From Acidobacteriota bacterium (GTDB lineage Bacteria > Acidobacteriota > UBA890 > WLXD01), in the NCBI GenBank assembly GCA_012103255.1, contig WLXD01000003.1:141984-205983 (forward strand): a stretch of 64,000 nt of DNA, read 5' to 3'. The translations under genes and the position numbers were made by a program. This document shows, one piece after another, positions 9,562 to 20,900 of this stretch. The notes under the pieces are model-generated. The model did no database searches. It saw only the letters and a program-made list of their open reading frames with translations, and was not told the origin of the DNA. Position 1 is the stretch's first letter. Each line of letters begins with the position of its first letter.

Positions 9562-10635
9562 CTAACCGTCGAGGAAGATGTCGGGCCACTGGTCGTTGCC
9601 TGAGAAGAACGTCAAGCGCCTAGCGCTCTCCCACGAGTCCCCTACCCGCCACGCGTAGATCTCGTAGTCGGCGCGATCGTGCTCATGCCCCTCAGCCGCA
9701 GCGGCCCACACCATCCACGAACCGTCCGACGACAACTTCGGGAAGTACTCGTGGCTGCGATCGCCTGGCAGGTCCATGAAGACATCGCTGCGACTGCCGT
9801 CGGCTGAGCCGCGCATCACGCGCGTTCCACCGTTACCTTCGGCCTCCATCCACAAGAGGTCGCTTGTCCCTGGCACCCAGGTCGTCTGGCACACGTGACC
9901 GGGCGTGAGTCGCAAGAATTCGCCGCCGTCGGTAGGTGTAACGATGGCGCCGAACCGGGCCAGAACCATAGCGAGCTGATTCCCGTCAGGATGCAATTCG
10001 GGATCCCCGAGATCGCGCCCCTCGGCACTCGCCGTGGTGTCGAACAGAACCCGCTCCGTCTCTGCGGCCAGGTCCAACTCGATCACCTGCTTGTCGCGCT
10101 GGAAGACGATACGTTCGCTTGCGCTCCAGGTGGGATGGTAGCCGCGACGCGCGACGCGACGCGATGCCCCCGAATCGAGATCCATCACGTGCACGTCCCA
10201 CGCGTTCGTTTCCCGAAACGACACCCACTCCCGCCGGCTCCGCATGAACACCAGCCGGGTGCCGTCCGGCGAGAAACGTGCGCCGAAGTCCACGTTGGGA
10301 TGATCGGTTAGCTGCTCGAGCTTGCCTGCTGGTAGCCGCACCAGGTACAGCTCGTGATTGCCGGACCGGTTCGAACTCCACACGAGGCGCCCGGACAACT
10401 GCTCCCCGAGGGCCTGCCACTGTGCGCGCTCGCGCTCCTCATTCAGAGCAAGCCCGGATGCTTGGGGCGGCACCCAGCTTGTGGTGAAGCGATCAACCAC
10501 CGCGCGAGCCGGACCCCAGATGAACAAAGCCGCCGTCGCCACGAGGGCGCCGGCGGCCAGCCCGATAAGCGTTGGCGTGCGTCCGCGCCGCATCTCACCT
10601 GCCCGAACAGGCTCGGAGGGCGCTTCTGCACGCAT
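9562..10635 (-). CDS. TolB-like WD40/PD40 beta-propeller protein, membrane-anchored
   Basis: N-terminal TM helix plus PD40-like repeats (…FSPDGTRLVF…, …LSSDGSWMVWAAA…). Confidence 0.6.
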   Translation of the reverse strand: MRAEAPSEPVRAGEMRRGRTPTLIGLAAGALVATAALFIWGPARAVVDRFTTSWVPPQASGLALNEERERAQWQALGEQLSGRLVWSSNRSGNHELYLVRLPAGKLEQLTDHPNVDFGARFSPDGTRLVFMRSRREWVSFRETNAWDVHVMDLDSGASRRVARRGYHPTWSASERIVFQRDKQVIELDLAAETERVLFDTTASAEGRDLGDPELHPDGNQLAMVLARFGAIVTPTDGGEFLRLTPGHVCQTTWVPGTSDLLWMEAEGNGGTRVMRGSADGSRSDVFMDLPGDRSHEYFPKLSSDGSWMVWAAAAEGHEHDRADYEIYAWRVGDSWESARRLTFFSGNDQWPDIFLDG

Positions 10636-10643
10636 CGCGGTGC

Positions 10644-11831
10644 CTAGTACTGCGGCCAGCGCACCTCGACCGGCTCGGCGCGCTCGTTGCTCGAACGCAG
10701 GCTCAGCCTGGCGTGCGTGGAAACGAAGAACCAGACGATTTCGCCGACCTTCGGAACCCAGCTGGTCAGCGGGCCATTACCCACGTGCGGGCCGATCGCC
10801 CGGTGGGTGCCGCCCGACTTGGCGGCCTCGATGCCTTTGCAGACCTGACCTGGACGAAGCCACTCCCACGTACCAGCGTGGAGCTTGCCGTCCACAAACG
10901 CGACGATCCAGGGGTTGCCCTCGACGCCGTCACGAACGGGCCAGGCACCGGCCTTCGTGTGGAACACGCAGATCAGGTTACGCGTGATCGTGACCTTGGT
11001 CATCGTCGACGTCACGCGATAGGTGGAGATATCGCGCGCAGCGTTGCCTGCGATGATCGCGCGACTCAGATCCACCGTACCCCCGGCTTCGGTCACCTCG
11101 ACACGCAGGGTTCGCGAACTCTTGGTCTGGCCAAAGACCGTGGTAAAGGTCGCCTTCACCTTGAACGTCCCTTCGGCCGTATAGGTATGGCTACGCGTGA
11201 CCTCGCGCGCGAAATCCTCGACGGTATCGGTGGTGCCATCGCCCCAATCGATCGTGAGCGTTCCCTTGGCCGCGCGAGCCTCACGCGCGAACACCATGAA
11301 CCTGTACTTGGAAGCCTCGTCCAGGGCCGCGGAGTCATCCGCGATCACCTCGAAGTAGTACTTCAACGACTTGTCTACCCGAACACGGGCACGGCCGCGG
11401 GCCAGGGTTGTGTCGCCATCTACCAGGTCGAAGTTCATCTGGTACGAACCAGGGCTCTTCCACGTGTGCTTCACCACAGCGCGACGGTCGAAGTTCATCT
11501 TCTGCGTCTTGCCGTCGCCGAAGTCCATCACGAGCTTGGCGTCACGAATCAGGATGCCTTCACCGTCAACAGCAGTGACCTTGAAGGTCGTCTCACGCTT
11601 GGCGCGGACGTTGTCTTCCTTGCCCTGCAAGAGGATGGTGACGGCGCCGAGCACGGACGCTGCGGAGAACTCCGGGCCTCGCTCGGTGATGTCCTCCATC
11701 GGACGGTTCAGCGGAAAGTCGTCAACGTCGTGCGGCAGTTGTTCCTGCGCAATCGAACCAAGCGCCGGAGCCAAGAGGACTGCGGCCAGAACCATGTAGA
11801 CCAGTCGCGAAAAGAATCGATCTTCGGGCAT
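10644..11831 (-). CDS. secreted PKD-domain repeat protein
   Basis: Signal peptide, then PKD motifs …MDFGDGKTQ… and …WGDGTTDTVED…SHTYTAEGTFKV…. Confidence 0.65.
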   Translation of the reverse strand: MPEDRFFSRLVYMVLAAVLLAPALGSIAQEQLPHDVDDFPLNRPMEDITERGPEFSAASVLGAVTILLQGKEDNVRAKRETTFKVTAVDGEGILIRDAKLVMDFGDGKTQKMNFDRRAVVKHTWKSPGSYQMNFDLVDGDTTLARGRARVRVDKSLKYYFEVIADDSAALDEASKYRFMVFAREARAAKGTLTIDWGDGTTDTVEDFAREVTRSHTYTAEGTFKVKATFTTVFGQTKSSRTLRVEVTEAGGTVDLSRAIIAGNAARDISTYRVTSTMTKVTITRNLICVFHTKAGAWPVRDGVEGNPWIVAFVDGKLHAGTWEWLRPGQVCKGIEAAKSGGTHRAIGPHVGNGPLTSWVPKVGEIVWFFVSTHARLSLRSSNERAEPVEVRWPQY

Positions 11832-12044
11832 CGAGTAAATCTCTCAGGCTTTGGGTTATTGCCCCAAATGAAAAGGGGGCACTCGGACCACGGCTTGTCA
11901 GACGCGGAAATCCTCCGCGGTTTGCTCCCATGGTGGTGCAGTGAGTTTTTCGGACTCGCCCCTTAATCCAGACACTGATGATTCTAGAGAGCCTGTCCGG
12001 TTGTTGCAATGCACGGAACGTTGCGAACGTGCTCCAGCTCGGGT

Positions 12045-14990
12045 CTATTGCGACGGCTCTGAGGTCGTGCCGCCGTCCCAGTTTTCGGGCAGCAGCGAGA
12101 TCTGAACGTAGTTGTCGAGGTCGAAGTAGCGGCCCGCGGTGCGTTGGACGCCCTCAGGCGTAATCTCGAGAAGCGACGCCTCGTACTCGAGGATCTCGAG
12201 TGGATCGTCGCCTCGCTCGTAGGCGCTGACCAGTTGGCCAAGCCAGAAGCCGTTCTCCTCAAGCGACAGTTCGTACGAGCGACGGAAGCTCTCCGTCACA
12301 GCGTCGATCTCGCTTTGCTCGGGCGCTGCTGCCCGTAGCTTCTCGATCTCCGCAAAGACCTGCGCGGTGAGTTCCTCGACGCGATCCGGATCCGATCCGA
12401 AAGTAATCGATACCGAGTACAGGGGGTGCGGACGGTCTACCAACGAAGCCGACACCTGCGCTCCGTAGGTGCCCGCGAGGTCTTCCCGAAGCACCTCGCG
12501 CAGTCGGGTCTGCAGCACCTCGCCCATCGCGGACAACGACTCGCTTTCGGTGTCGACGTCCTCGCCAGGACCGTCGCCGCTGAAAACGATGGTCGTGAGG
12601 CTCTTGGGCTCCACGCCGCGATTCACGGTTTTCTTGATAACGCCGCGCGGCGTGCGAATGCCTTCATCAACCCAGGTCTCTTCGCGACCACCGCCGGGCA
12701 AACTGGCCAGATAGCGCTCGACCATGGGACGCAGCTCACCGAGATCGACATTGCCGACGATCACGAAGGTGAAGTCACTCACGTCTCCGAAGCGGTCGAC
12801 GTAGAAGAGATACGACTTCTCCAGATCCATCTCGTCGAGCAGATCAACGGTGAGTGGCTGCCGTCGCGGGTGGTCCTGGGTAAGCGTGCGCTGCACCGTC
12901 TCCTGGAAAGCTGCTTCCGGACTCACATCGCGGTTGGCGAGCCCAACGGTCATGCGCTCGCGGATGAGGTCGAAAACAGTTTCGTCGGCGCGCGGTTCGG
13001 TGATCGTGATGTAGGCGAGCTGGAACATCTGCTCGAGATCGCGCGGAGCTGCGGTGCCGATGAGCCCTTCACCAAGCGGCCCGATCAGAGGGCGCACACT
13101 GGCGACCTTGTCTGAGAGAAGGTTTGTGATCTCGCGCTGACTGAATCCGCCGAATCCGCTCGACGACACCACCTGCACGGCGCTCGAGGCTGCAACGTAG
13201 TCGTCGTCCGGGGCGAGCGAGGAGCCACCCGGGCTGATCGCGCGGAACAACACCTGCTCCTGGCGGAAGTCGGTGGGCTTGATCACCACGCGGGCGCCGT
13301 TCGAGAGCACCCACTCGGTGACCCCCAGTTCGGGGATCTCGCTTTCCTCGACAATGCTGCCGGGTTCCGGGTCGACGGACACCAGCGGCCGATTGACCGT
13401 CGTGTCGATGTAGGGTCGCAGCCAGGCGTCGTCTTCCAGCTCCATCGCCGCGAGCAGTTCCGCTTCCGTCGGCTGCTGCAAATCCGCCCGATCGGGCATC
13501 GTGACCAATACGACGCGGTCGTCGTCCAGCAGCCAGTCCTGTCCGACCTGGTTCACCTCGTCGAGCTCGATGCCCGGCATGAAGCGCTGGTACAGCCCCC
13601 ACTCGTAGTCAATTCCGGGGGTCGACTCGCCCTCCAGGAAAGCGCGCGTGAACTCCTCGGCGAAGTTGCGCGAGTCCTGCACTTCCTGCTCGGTGTACAG
13701 GTTTTCGAAGAGCCGCATGAGCTGGTTCTTCTCGCGTGCGAGCTCGGACTCGGTGAAACCAAAGCGAGCAACCCGCTCCAGCTCAGCGAAGATGGCGCGC
13801 AACCCGGCGGCAACCTCACCATCGGCAACGGCCGCGCCCATCACGAACGCTTCGGAACTGGGTACGAAGATGTCCTGACTTGCACCTGCGCCGAGGAACG
13901 GCGGGTTGGGTGCCTGCGCCTGCTCCGCCAGTCGGCGGTTGAACATGCGCATAAACACGCCCTCGATGATGCTGCGACGATAAGAGCCGTGATACGCCTG
14001 GCGACGCAACGGCTGGTATTGGTAGAACTCCACCGTCGACATCGTCGCTTCGGGGTCCGTCACGATCGAGAACCGCGTTCCCTCGCGCTCTTCGATCTGC
14101 TCGTAGACGCGCGGGCGCGCATCATCGGGCCCGGACTCGATCCGGCCGAAATGCTCGCGAATCTTGCCCTCGATCACATCGCCGTCGAAATCGCCGACTG
14201 CGATCACCGCCATCAACTCGGGGCGGTACCACTCTTCGTAAAACCGGCGTGCCGCACCGTGGTCGAATTCGCGCAACACGTCGATGTCGCCAATCGGCAG
14301 CCGCTCTGAATAGCGCGACCCCTCGAAGAGCACCGGCAGCTGCTGATCGCGCACACGCGAACCCGCGCCGAGGCCAAGGCGCCACTCCTCGATCACAACA
14401 CCGCGTTCCTTGTCGATCTCCTCGCCGTCCAGGGTCACGTTGTGGGCCCAGTCTTCGAGAATCTGGAACGCCGAATCCACGATGTCTTCGCGATCCGTTG
14501 GAATCACGAGGAAGTAGTTCGTGTTGTCGAACCCCGTGGAGGCGTTGACGTGCGCGCCGAAGCGCATGCCGAAGGATTCGAGCAGGGTCACGAGCTCTTG
14601 CTTCGGATAGTTCTTGGTACCGTTGAACGCCATGTGCTCGACGAAGTGCGCCAGTCCGAGCTGATCCCGGTCCTCCTGCATCGAACCCGCACGCACCACA
14701 AGCCACAGCTCGGCGCGCTTCGCCGGGTAGCTGTTTTCGCGGATCCAAAATCGCAGTCCGTTGTCGAGCTCCCCGACACGGATGCGGGGATCCACAGGCA
14801 TGTCCGCATCGAGCGGCGCCGTGGCGGCAGCCGCCGAGTCTGAGATCACCCGCAAGCGCTCGATCGGTTGGGGCCCCTGCGCAAACGCGGCGGCCGGAAC
14901 GAACAGGGTTGCCACCACGACCACAGACGTCAAACGAGTTCGCTTCAATTTCGGTCCTTGCGGTCGGGAGAAGGTCTCAGGTGTTTCCAT
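12045..14990 (-). CDS. M16-family zinc metallopeptidase (pitrilysin/insulinase-like, duplicated M16 module)
   Basis: 981 aa with a signal peptide. The inverted zinc motif HFVEHMAFNGT (HxxEH) is present, and the size fits two tandem M16 active/inactive domain pairs. Confidence 0.85.
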   Translation of the reverse strand: METPETFSRPQGPKLKRTRLTSVVVVATLFVPAAAFAQGPQPIERLRVISDSAAAATAPLDADMPVDPRIRVGELDNGLRFWIRENSYPAKRAELWLVVRAGSMQEDRDQLGLAHFVEHMAFNGTKNYPKQELVTLLESFGMRFGAHVNASTGFDNTNYFLVIPTDREDIVDSAFQILEDWAHNVTLDGEEIDKERGVVIEEWRLGLGAGSRVRDQQLPVLFEGSRYSERLPIGDIDVLREFDHGAARRFYEEWYRPELMAVIAVGDFDGDVIEGKIREHFGRIESGPDDARPRVYEQIEEREGTRFSIVTDPEATMSTVEFYQYQPLRRQAYHGSYRRSIIEGVFMRMFNRRLAEQAQAPNPPFLGAGASQDIFVPSSEAFVMGAAVADGEVAAGLRAIFAELERVARFGFTESELAREKNQLMRLFENLYTEQEVQDSRNFAEEFTRAFLEGESTPGIDYEWGLYQRFMPGIELDEVNQVGQDWLLDDDRVVLVTMPDRADLQQPTEAELLAAMELEDDAWLRPYIDTTVNRPLVSVDPEPGSIVEESEIPELGVTEWVLSNGARVVIKPTDFRQEQVLFRAISPGGSSLAPDDDYVAASSAVQVVSSSGFGGFSQREITNLLSDKVASVRPLIGPLGEGLIGTAAPRDLEQMFQLAYITITEPRADETVFDLIRERMTVGLANRDVSPEAAFQETVQRTLTQDHPRRQPLTVDLLDEMDLEKSYLFYVDRFGDVSDFTFVIVGNVDLGELRPMVERYLASLPGGGREETWVDEGIRTPRGVIKKTVNRGVEPKSLTTIVFSGDGPGEDVDTESESLSAMGEVLQTRLREVLREDLAGTYGAQVSASLVDRPHPLYSVSITFGSDPDRVEELTAQVFAEIEKLRAAAPEQSEIDAVTESFRRSYELSLEENGFWLGQLVSAYERGDDPLEILEYEASLLEITPEGVQRTAGRYFDLDNYVQISLLPENWDGGTTSEPSQ

Positions 14991-15033
14991 GATCGAATAC
15001 TGGCTCGCGTGGGTCTAGGCGTAATCGATCATG
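14988..15033. promoter_or_regulatory. 9-bp inverted repeat CATGATCGA…TCGATCATG overlapping the M16 peptidase start codon
   Basis: Read directly: ccatgatcga (14988-14997) and tcgatcatg (15025-15033), separated by 27 nt. The left arm includes the CAT complement of the ATG. Confidence 0.35.
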
Positions 15034-15192
15034 TGCGCGACGACGCCGGAGCGCTTGAATTTTCGACTGACAACGTCACGCCCGGTGCGTTAACTTTCAA
15101 TTGGCTGTTTGTAGCAACGGTGGTACCCGTGAATCGGGGCGAGATCCGGTCACCATCGCGCGCTTTCCAGATCAATCTAACCGGATACCACT

Positions 15193-16509
15193 GTGCACTT
15201 CCGTACCCCGCTCCTCGTGCGCGTACTCGCTCTGTTTCTCATCGTCGTCGCCTGGACACCCAGTGCTACTGGGCAGGAGTCCGACGCACTCGAGGCGAAC
15301 GGCGCCTTGCGCGTCTTCCTGGATTGCGACCGCGGATGCGACCGGGACTTCATCCGGCAGAACATCGACTTCATCAACTGGGTTCGAGACCGCCGCGACG
15401 CCCAGGTGCACCTGCTAGTAACTCGGCAAGGCACTGGCGGCGGCACCGAGTTCCAGCTCGAGTTCATCGGAACCGAAGACTTCGAAGGGCAGGATCAGAC
15501 TCTGCTGTTTGCCAGCAGCAGCACAGACACCGACGATGAGCGGCGGCGAGGGTTCGCGAGGACCATTCGCCTTGGGCTGGCGCGATACATCGCCCAGACG
15601 CCCATGGCCATCTACGCCGATCTCGAGTTCACGCCGCCGCGCGACGAAAACGGCGACACGGTTATCGCGGCAACGCCCGAGTCGGACCCGTGGAACTTCT
15701 GGGTCTTCTCCGTTGGCCTCAACGGGAATTTCCGCGGCGAAGATCGCTTCAGCGGCGAAGAGTTTGAAGCCGAGGTCGACGCGAGCCGCACGACGGAAGC
15801 CTGGAAGATCCGGCTCGACTCTGAGATGGAGTACGAACAGCGCGACTTCGAGTTCGATGATGGCTCGGTGTTCAAGGACATCTCCCGCAGCTTCGAAACG
15901 GGCGGCCAGGCGATCAAGTCATTGGGCGATCACTGGGGTGCCGGACTTGGCGCCAGCGTGAAGGAGTCGACCTTCTTCAACCTTGCGCCCTCGTACCGGC
16001 TCGCCGGCGCCGTCGAATACAACATCTACCCGTACTCGGTGTCGTCTCAGCGTCAGCTCACCTTCACGTACTTTCTCGGCGGGAATCGCTTCAACTACGA
16101 CGAAGAGACCATCTTCAACAAGACCGAGGAAACGCTCATCGATCAGGGGCTCATCGCCTCACTCGATGTCGAACGTCCGTGGGGCTCGGCCAACATCAAC
16201 CTCGAGGCCACTCATTTCCTGCAGCACCCCGAGGACTACAACATCGACCTCAACGGCCGCGTTGAGTACCGCGTGCTACGCGGACTGAACCTGAACGTCT
16301 TCGGCAGCGTGAGTTCGATCAAGAGCCAGCGCTTCTTGCCCATCGGCGGCGCCTCCGATGAGGAAGTCCTCCTCGAGCGGCGAGCGCTTGCCACCGACTT
16401 CCGGTTCCGGGTTGGCCTTGGCATTCGATACACGTTCGGGTCGATCTACAACAACGTGGTCAACTCGCGCCTCGGTGGGCGGCGCGGCGGATTCCACGAG
16501 ATCTTCTAG
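15193..16509 (+). CDS. secreted hypothetical protein, probable outer-membrane beta-barrel
   Basis: Signal peptide MHFRTPLLVRVLALFLIVVAWTPSATGQ. Beta-rich with a C-terminal …GGFHEIF (aromatic terminal residue). Confidence 0.5.
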   Translation: MHFRTPLLVRVLALFLIVVAWTPSATGQESDALEANGALRVFLDCDRGCDRDFIRQNIDFINWVRDRRDAQVHLLVTRQGTGGGTEFQLEFIGTEDFEGQDQTLLFASSSTDTDDERRRGFARTIRLGLARYIAQTPMAIYADLEFTPPRDENGDTVIAATPESDPWNFWVFSVGLNGNFRGEDRFSGEEFEAEVDASRTTEAWKIRLDSEMEYEQRDFEFDDGSVFKDISRSFETGGQAIKSLGDHWGAGLGASVKESTFFNLAPSYRLAGAVEYNIYPYSVSSQRQLTFTYFLGGNRFNYDEETIFNKTEETLIDQGLIASLDVERPWGSANINLEATHFLQHPEDYNIDLNGRVEYRVLRGLNLNVFGSVSSIKSQRFLPIGGASDEEVLLERRALATDFRFRVGLGIRYTFGSIYNNVVNSRLGGRRGGFHEIF

Positions 16510-16571
16510 CCACTCCGTGAAAGATCGCGGCGGGTCTGCGATGATTCGGCCTCCTATTCCCCATAGGCCGG

Positions 16572-17900
16572 ATGATGCACCTACGTCCCAGATTCTTCGT
16601 GGCCGGCACCCTTGCCCTCCTCGCGGCAACGGCCGGCGCTCGTGCCTTCGATGTTTCCGCCGTCCCGTCCTCCCGCGCAGGGACGTCTGACGACGTCGAG
16701 ATGATCGCCGTTGCGGGCGAAGCATCGTCATATTGGTCGCGCTGGCGCGGCCCTTCCGGACAGGGCTTCGTCGAGGGCGACGGCTACGCTGACACCTGGT
16801 CCGAAACCGAGAATGTGCGCTGGCGAACGCCCGTCCCCGGCGCCGGCAACTCATCGCCCATTATCTGGGGCGATCAGATCTTCGTCACTGCGGCATTCGA
16901 TGGCGGCCGCCAGGTTGCGGTGCTGAGCTACGGCCGGGACGATGGTGCGCTGCTATGGCGCACCGACGTGCCCCAACCCAGTGTGCCGGAGAGTCCGCAC
17001 GGTAAGAACGGGCACGCGTCCAGCACTCCGTCGACCGACGGCGAGTTGGTTTACGCGTATATGGGCAATCACGGCCTCGTCGCGGTGAACTTCGCAGGTG
17101 AGATCGTCTGGCACCGCGAGTTCGGTCAGATCCTCGCATCGCACGGCACCGCCGGATCTCCGCTGCTGCACGACGGCAAGGTGATCGTTTACCAGGATAT
17201 GCGCGGCGGCACCGATGTCGGCTCGTTTGTGGCGGCATTCGACGCCGCAACGGGCGAGACCGCCTGGTGGACGGACCGCGAAGAGAACACCGGCTGGGGC
17301 ACGCCTGTTGCGATTCGGGTCGGCGATCGCGAAGAACTCATCGTTAGCAGTCAGCGCAAGGTCTACGCCTACAACCCCGCCGACGGCTCCGAGCTCTGGC
17401 AGGTTGACGGCAACCTCTTCGAGGTGATCCCGACGCCGGTTGTCGGCCATGGCCTGGTCTTCGCCTCGTCCGGCCGTGCCGGCCCTACGCTCGCAATCCG
17501 CCCCGGCGGAACAGGCAACGTCACCGAGACGCACGTCGCTTGGAGTAGCCCGAAAGGCTCCCCGTTCGTGCCCTCGGGGCTGCTGCACGGCGACTACCTC
17601 TACCTGATCAACGACATGAGCTCGGTGCTTACCGTCTACCGCGCTTCCACCGGCAACGTCATGTACCAGCAACGGCTCGGCCGCGCTCAGCGCGAGAGCT
17701 TCTCAGCTTCGCCCGTGGTGATCGGCGACAAGATCTTCGTCACCAACGATGGCGGAGACACATTCGTGATTGGCGCCGGTCCTGAAGAGAATCTGCTCCA
17801 CGTCAACCGCATGGGCGAACGCACGCTCGCCTCGCCCGCGCTGGTAGACGGCACCTGGTATATCCGCACCGCCGAGGCCCTCTACGCCATCGGCGACTGA
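16572..17900 (+). CDS. PQQ-like beta-propeller repeat protein (BamB-like)
   Basis: Repeated …G.L.A.D..TGE..W… PQQ-repeat pattern (…GALLWRTDV…, …GEIVWHREF…, …GETAWWTD…, …GSELWQVD…). Signal peptide present. Confidence 0.7.
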   Translation: MMHLRPRFFVAGTLALLAATAGARAFDVSAVPSSRAGTSDDVEMIAVAGEASSYWSRWRGPSGQGFVEGDGYADTWSETENVRWRTPVPGAGNSSPIIWGDQIFVTAAFDGGRQVAVLSYGRDDGALLWRTDVPQPSVPESPHGKNGHASSTPSTDGELVYAYMGNHGLVAVNFAGEIVWHREFGQILASHGTAGSPLLHDGKVIVYQDMRGGTDVGSFVAAFDAATGETAWWTDREENTGWGTPVAIRVGDREELIVSSQRKVYAYNPADGSELWQVDGNLFEVIPTPVVGHGLVFASSGRAGPTLAIRPGGTGNVTETHVAWSSPKGSPFVPSGLLHGDYLYLINDMSSVLTVYRASTGNVMYQQRLGRAQRESFSASPVVIGDKIFVTNDGGDTFVIGAGPEENLLHVNRMGERTLASPALVDGTWYIRTAEALYAIGD

Positions 17901-17928
17901 AGTCCCTTTCTCGCAACGGAATCGCCGC

Positions 17929-20900
17929 ATGCGCCACGCCCGCCGCTCCCTCGTCGTCACGCTGCTGACCCTCCTCGCGAGCCCGGCAGCGACCGCACAG
18001 AAGAAAGGACTGTCGCTGGAGGCGACGCGAACGATCGCCTTCACGACCTCCGAAGGCACATACATGAACGTCGACGTCTCGCCTGACGGCTCGACGCTCG
18101 TGTTCGATCTGCTCGGCGACCTGTACACACTGCCGGCGGCCGGCGGCCAGGCCGTTCGACTCACCTCGGGCCTGGCGCACGACACCCAGCCTACGTTCTC
18201 TCCGGACGGCACCCGGGTCGCGTTCATCTCCGACCGGTCGGGTAGCGACAACCTCTGGGTCCTCGATCTGACTGATGAAGCCGCCAAACCCGAAGCGATC
18301 AGTACCGAGCGTGCCAAGGTGGTCAGCACCCCCGAGTGGGACCCGGACGGCGAATACCTCCTGGCACGGCGTTCGGGAGACTTGTGGCTCTACCACGTTG
18401 ACGGTGGCTCGGGCCTGCAGCTTTCGGACAGCGACCGCGTGCGCGGCATCACCGGCCCAACGTTCGGGCCTGAGGGCCGCTACATCTACTTCGCGGCGAG
18501 CGGCGGCGGGTTCCCGTCGGGTCTGGCGCGAGTGAACGGTTGGCAGGCGCGACGGCTCGACCGGGTGACCGGTGACGTCGTGTCGATCACCGCTTCGCCC
18601 AACGGGGCGTACCGCCCCCGCGTTTCACCCGATGGGCACTGGATGGTCTACGGCGCTCGCGTCGATGCCCAGACGGGGTTGCGAATCCGCGATTTGCGGT
18701 CGAGCCGCGAACGCTGGCTTGCGTTCCCCATCGACCGGGACAACGCCGAGCGACCTGGCGTTCTCGATCTCATGCCGCGTTGGGACTTCACGCCGGACAG
18801 CGCGGCAGTTGTGCTGGCCACGGGAGGCACCTTCCATCGCATCGCCCTCGAGGATGGCGCCGACACCACGATCGCGTTCAGCGCCGACGTCGAGATCGAC
18901 CTCGGCCCGTTCGTGTTCTTCGAATCACCGCACGATGACGGTCCGGTCCACGTGCGCAACGTGCGCTACGCAGGCGCGAACGCTGACTCCGATCGGATCG
19001 TGTTCTCGGCTCTGTCGAAGCTGTGGACGATGGCGCTCCCCGACGGCACGCCTGCTGAACTGGTGCACCAGCCATTTGGGCAGTTCCAACCTGTGTTCTC
19101 GAACGACGGCGCCTGGATCGCGTATGTGACTTGGGACGATGTCGACGGCGGACATCTCTGGAAGGTTCCCTCGAGCGGCGGTAACCCCGTGCGCCTCACC
19201 GAACATGCAGGTTTCTACCTGCACCCAGCCTGGTCGCCGGACGACAGCAAGCTTGCCCTCGTGCGCGAAGACGCCGCCGTGTTCCGCAACATCTGGTCGC
19301 GCAACACAGGCGAGATCGTCTGGCTGCCGGCCACCGGCGATGGTCTGTCGATCGTTGGCTCCGCGCCCTCTGACAACCGTCTGACCTTCAGCGCCGAAGG
19401 CGATCGCATTCGCTTCGTAGCGAGCGTCGCCTCCGGGGCTTTCGATGGCAGTCGGCCTGCCCGCTCCGAACTCGTGTCAGTTCGCCTCGATGGAACCGAC
19501 CGGCGCGTCGTGGCCAACATCAACGCGGAGACATGGGAAGCCGTGCCCTCGCCCGATGGGCAATGGCTGGCATGGACGACGCGCGAAGACGTCTACGTAG
19601 CGGCTCTGCCGTTCTCGCCCGAGCCGCCGAGCATTGGCGAGTCGAGTGGCCCTGGGCCCGTGAAGCGTGTCACCCGTGAGGGCGGCCTCGATATCCACTG
19701 GGAGGACGGTTCCGACACGCTGGCCTGGGTGTTCGGAGACACCTACTACCGTTTCGGACTCGAAGACGCGCTGTGGGAGGCGGAGCCTGAAGAAGACGAC
19801 GCCGACGATGGTGCTCCAGATGGCGACGCCTCCGACGACGGCGCCACGACCGACGCCACCGTCGGCGATGACGCCGATTCGACGGGAACCGACGCTGACA
19901 TCGATGCCGTGGACGAAGAACCCGAGGGTCCGCAGCCCACCGAGTTTGTCGTCAACCTCGATGTGGATCGTCGGATCCCGAGGGGCGCCAAGGCCATCGT
20001 CGGCGCGACGGTCGTGCCGATGACCGGCGCAGAGGCGACCATCCCTGACGGCGTGGTGCTCATCGAAGACAACCGCATCACCGCGGTCGGCTCGCGCGAC
20101 GAGGTCACGATTCCCGATGGCACGGAGATCTTCGACGCTTCCGGCAAGTTCGTGATTCCCGGTCTGATCGATCTCCACGCTCACCTCCGGCAACCGCGTG
20201 AAGTGTTCGTCCAGACCAACTGGTCATACCTCGCTAACCTCGCGTATGGCGTCACCTCGGCTCGCGACGTGTCAACGAGCAGCGACTCGTTTGCCTATGC
20301 CGAACTCGTGGAGACTGGCGCCGTGTGGGGTCCGCGCATCTACAGCACCGGTCGCGCCATGACGTCAGGCAACGCCAAGATCGACAGTCTCGAGGACGCG
20401 CGGGCGATGCTCCGGCACTACAAGAAGCTCGGCACCGACGTGGTGAAGCAGTACATGCAGCCGCACCGTCGCCAGCGGCAATGGGTCATCCAGGCCGCGA
20501 TGGAAGAAGAGATGAACGTCACCAACGAAGGCGGTGGTGATCTGCGCCTCAACATCACGCAGATCCTCGACGGCTACACCGGACTCGAGCACAGCTTGCC
20601 GATCGCCGACGTTTACGACGACGTGGTGCAACTGATCGCCCAGTCGCAGACCTGGTACACGCCCACTCTGGTGGTCTCCTACGGCGGCCCCACCGCGGAG
20701 TGGTACTTCTACCAGACCACCGAAGTTCACGACGATCCGAAGTTGTCGCGGTTCACGCCCCACGATGACCTCGACCGCCGCACGCGTCGCGGGCAGATGA
20801 ACGCGCTCGACGAGTACCATTTCATCGCCGTCGCAGAGGGCGCCGCCAGGGTCTTGCAAGCTGGTGGAAACGTCGGCATGGGCGCTCACGGCGAACAGCA

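Noticed and set aside
10572-11966. 464-aa plus-strand ORF
   Set aside because: It is antisense to the PKD-domain gene. No motifs.
15090-15120. Possible sigma-54 promoter (TGGCTGTTTGTAGCA) upstream of 15193 gene
   Set aside because: The GG-to-GC spacing is 9 nt rather than the required 10, so it does not fit the −24/−12 consensus.
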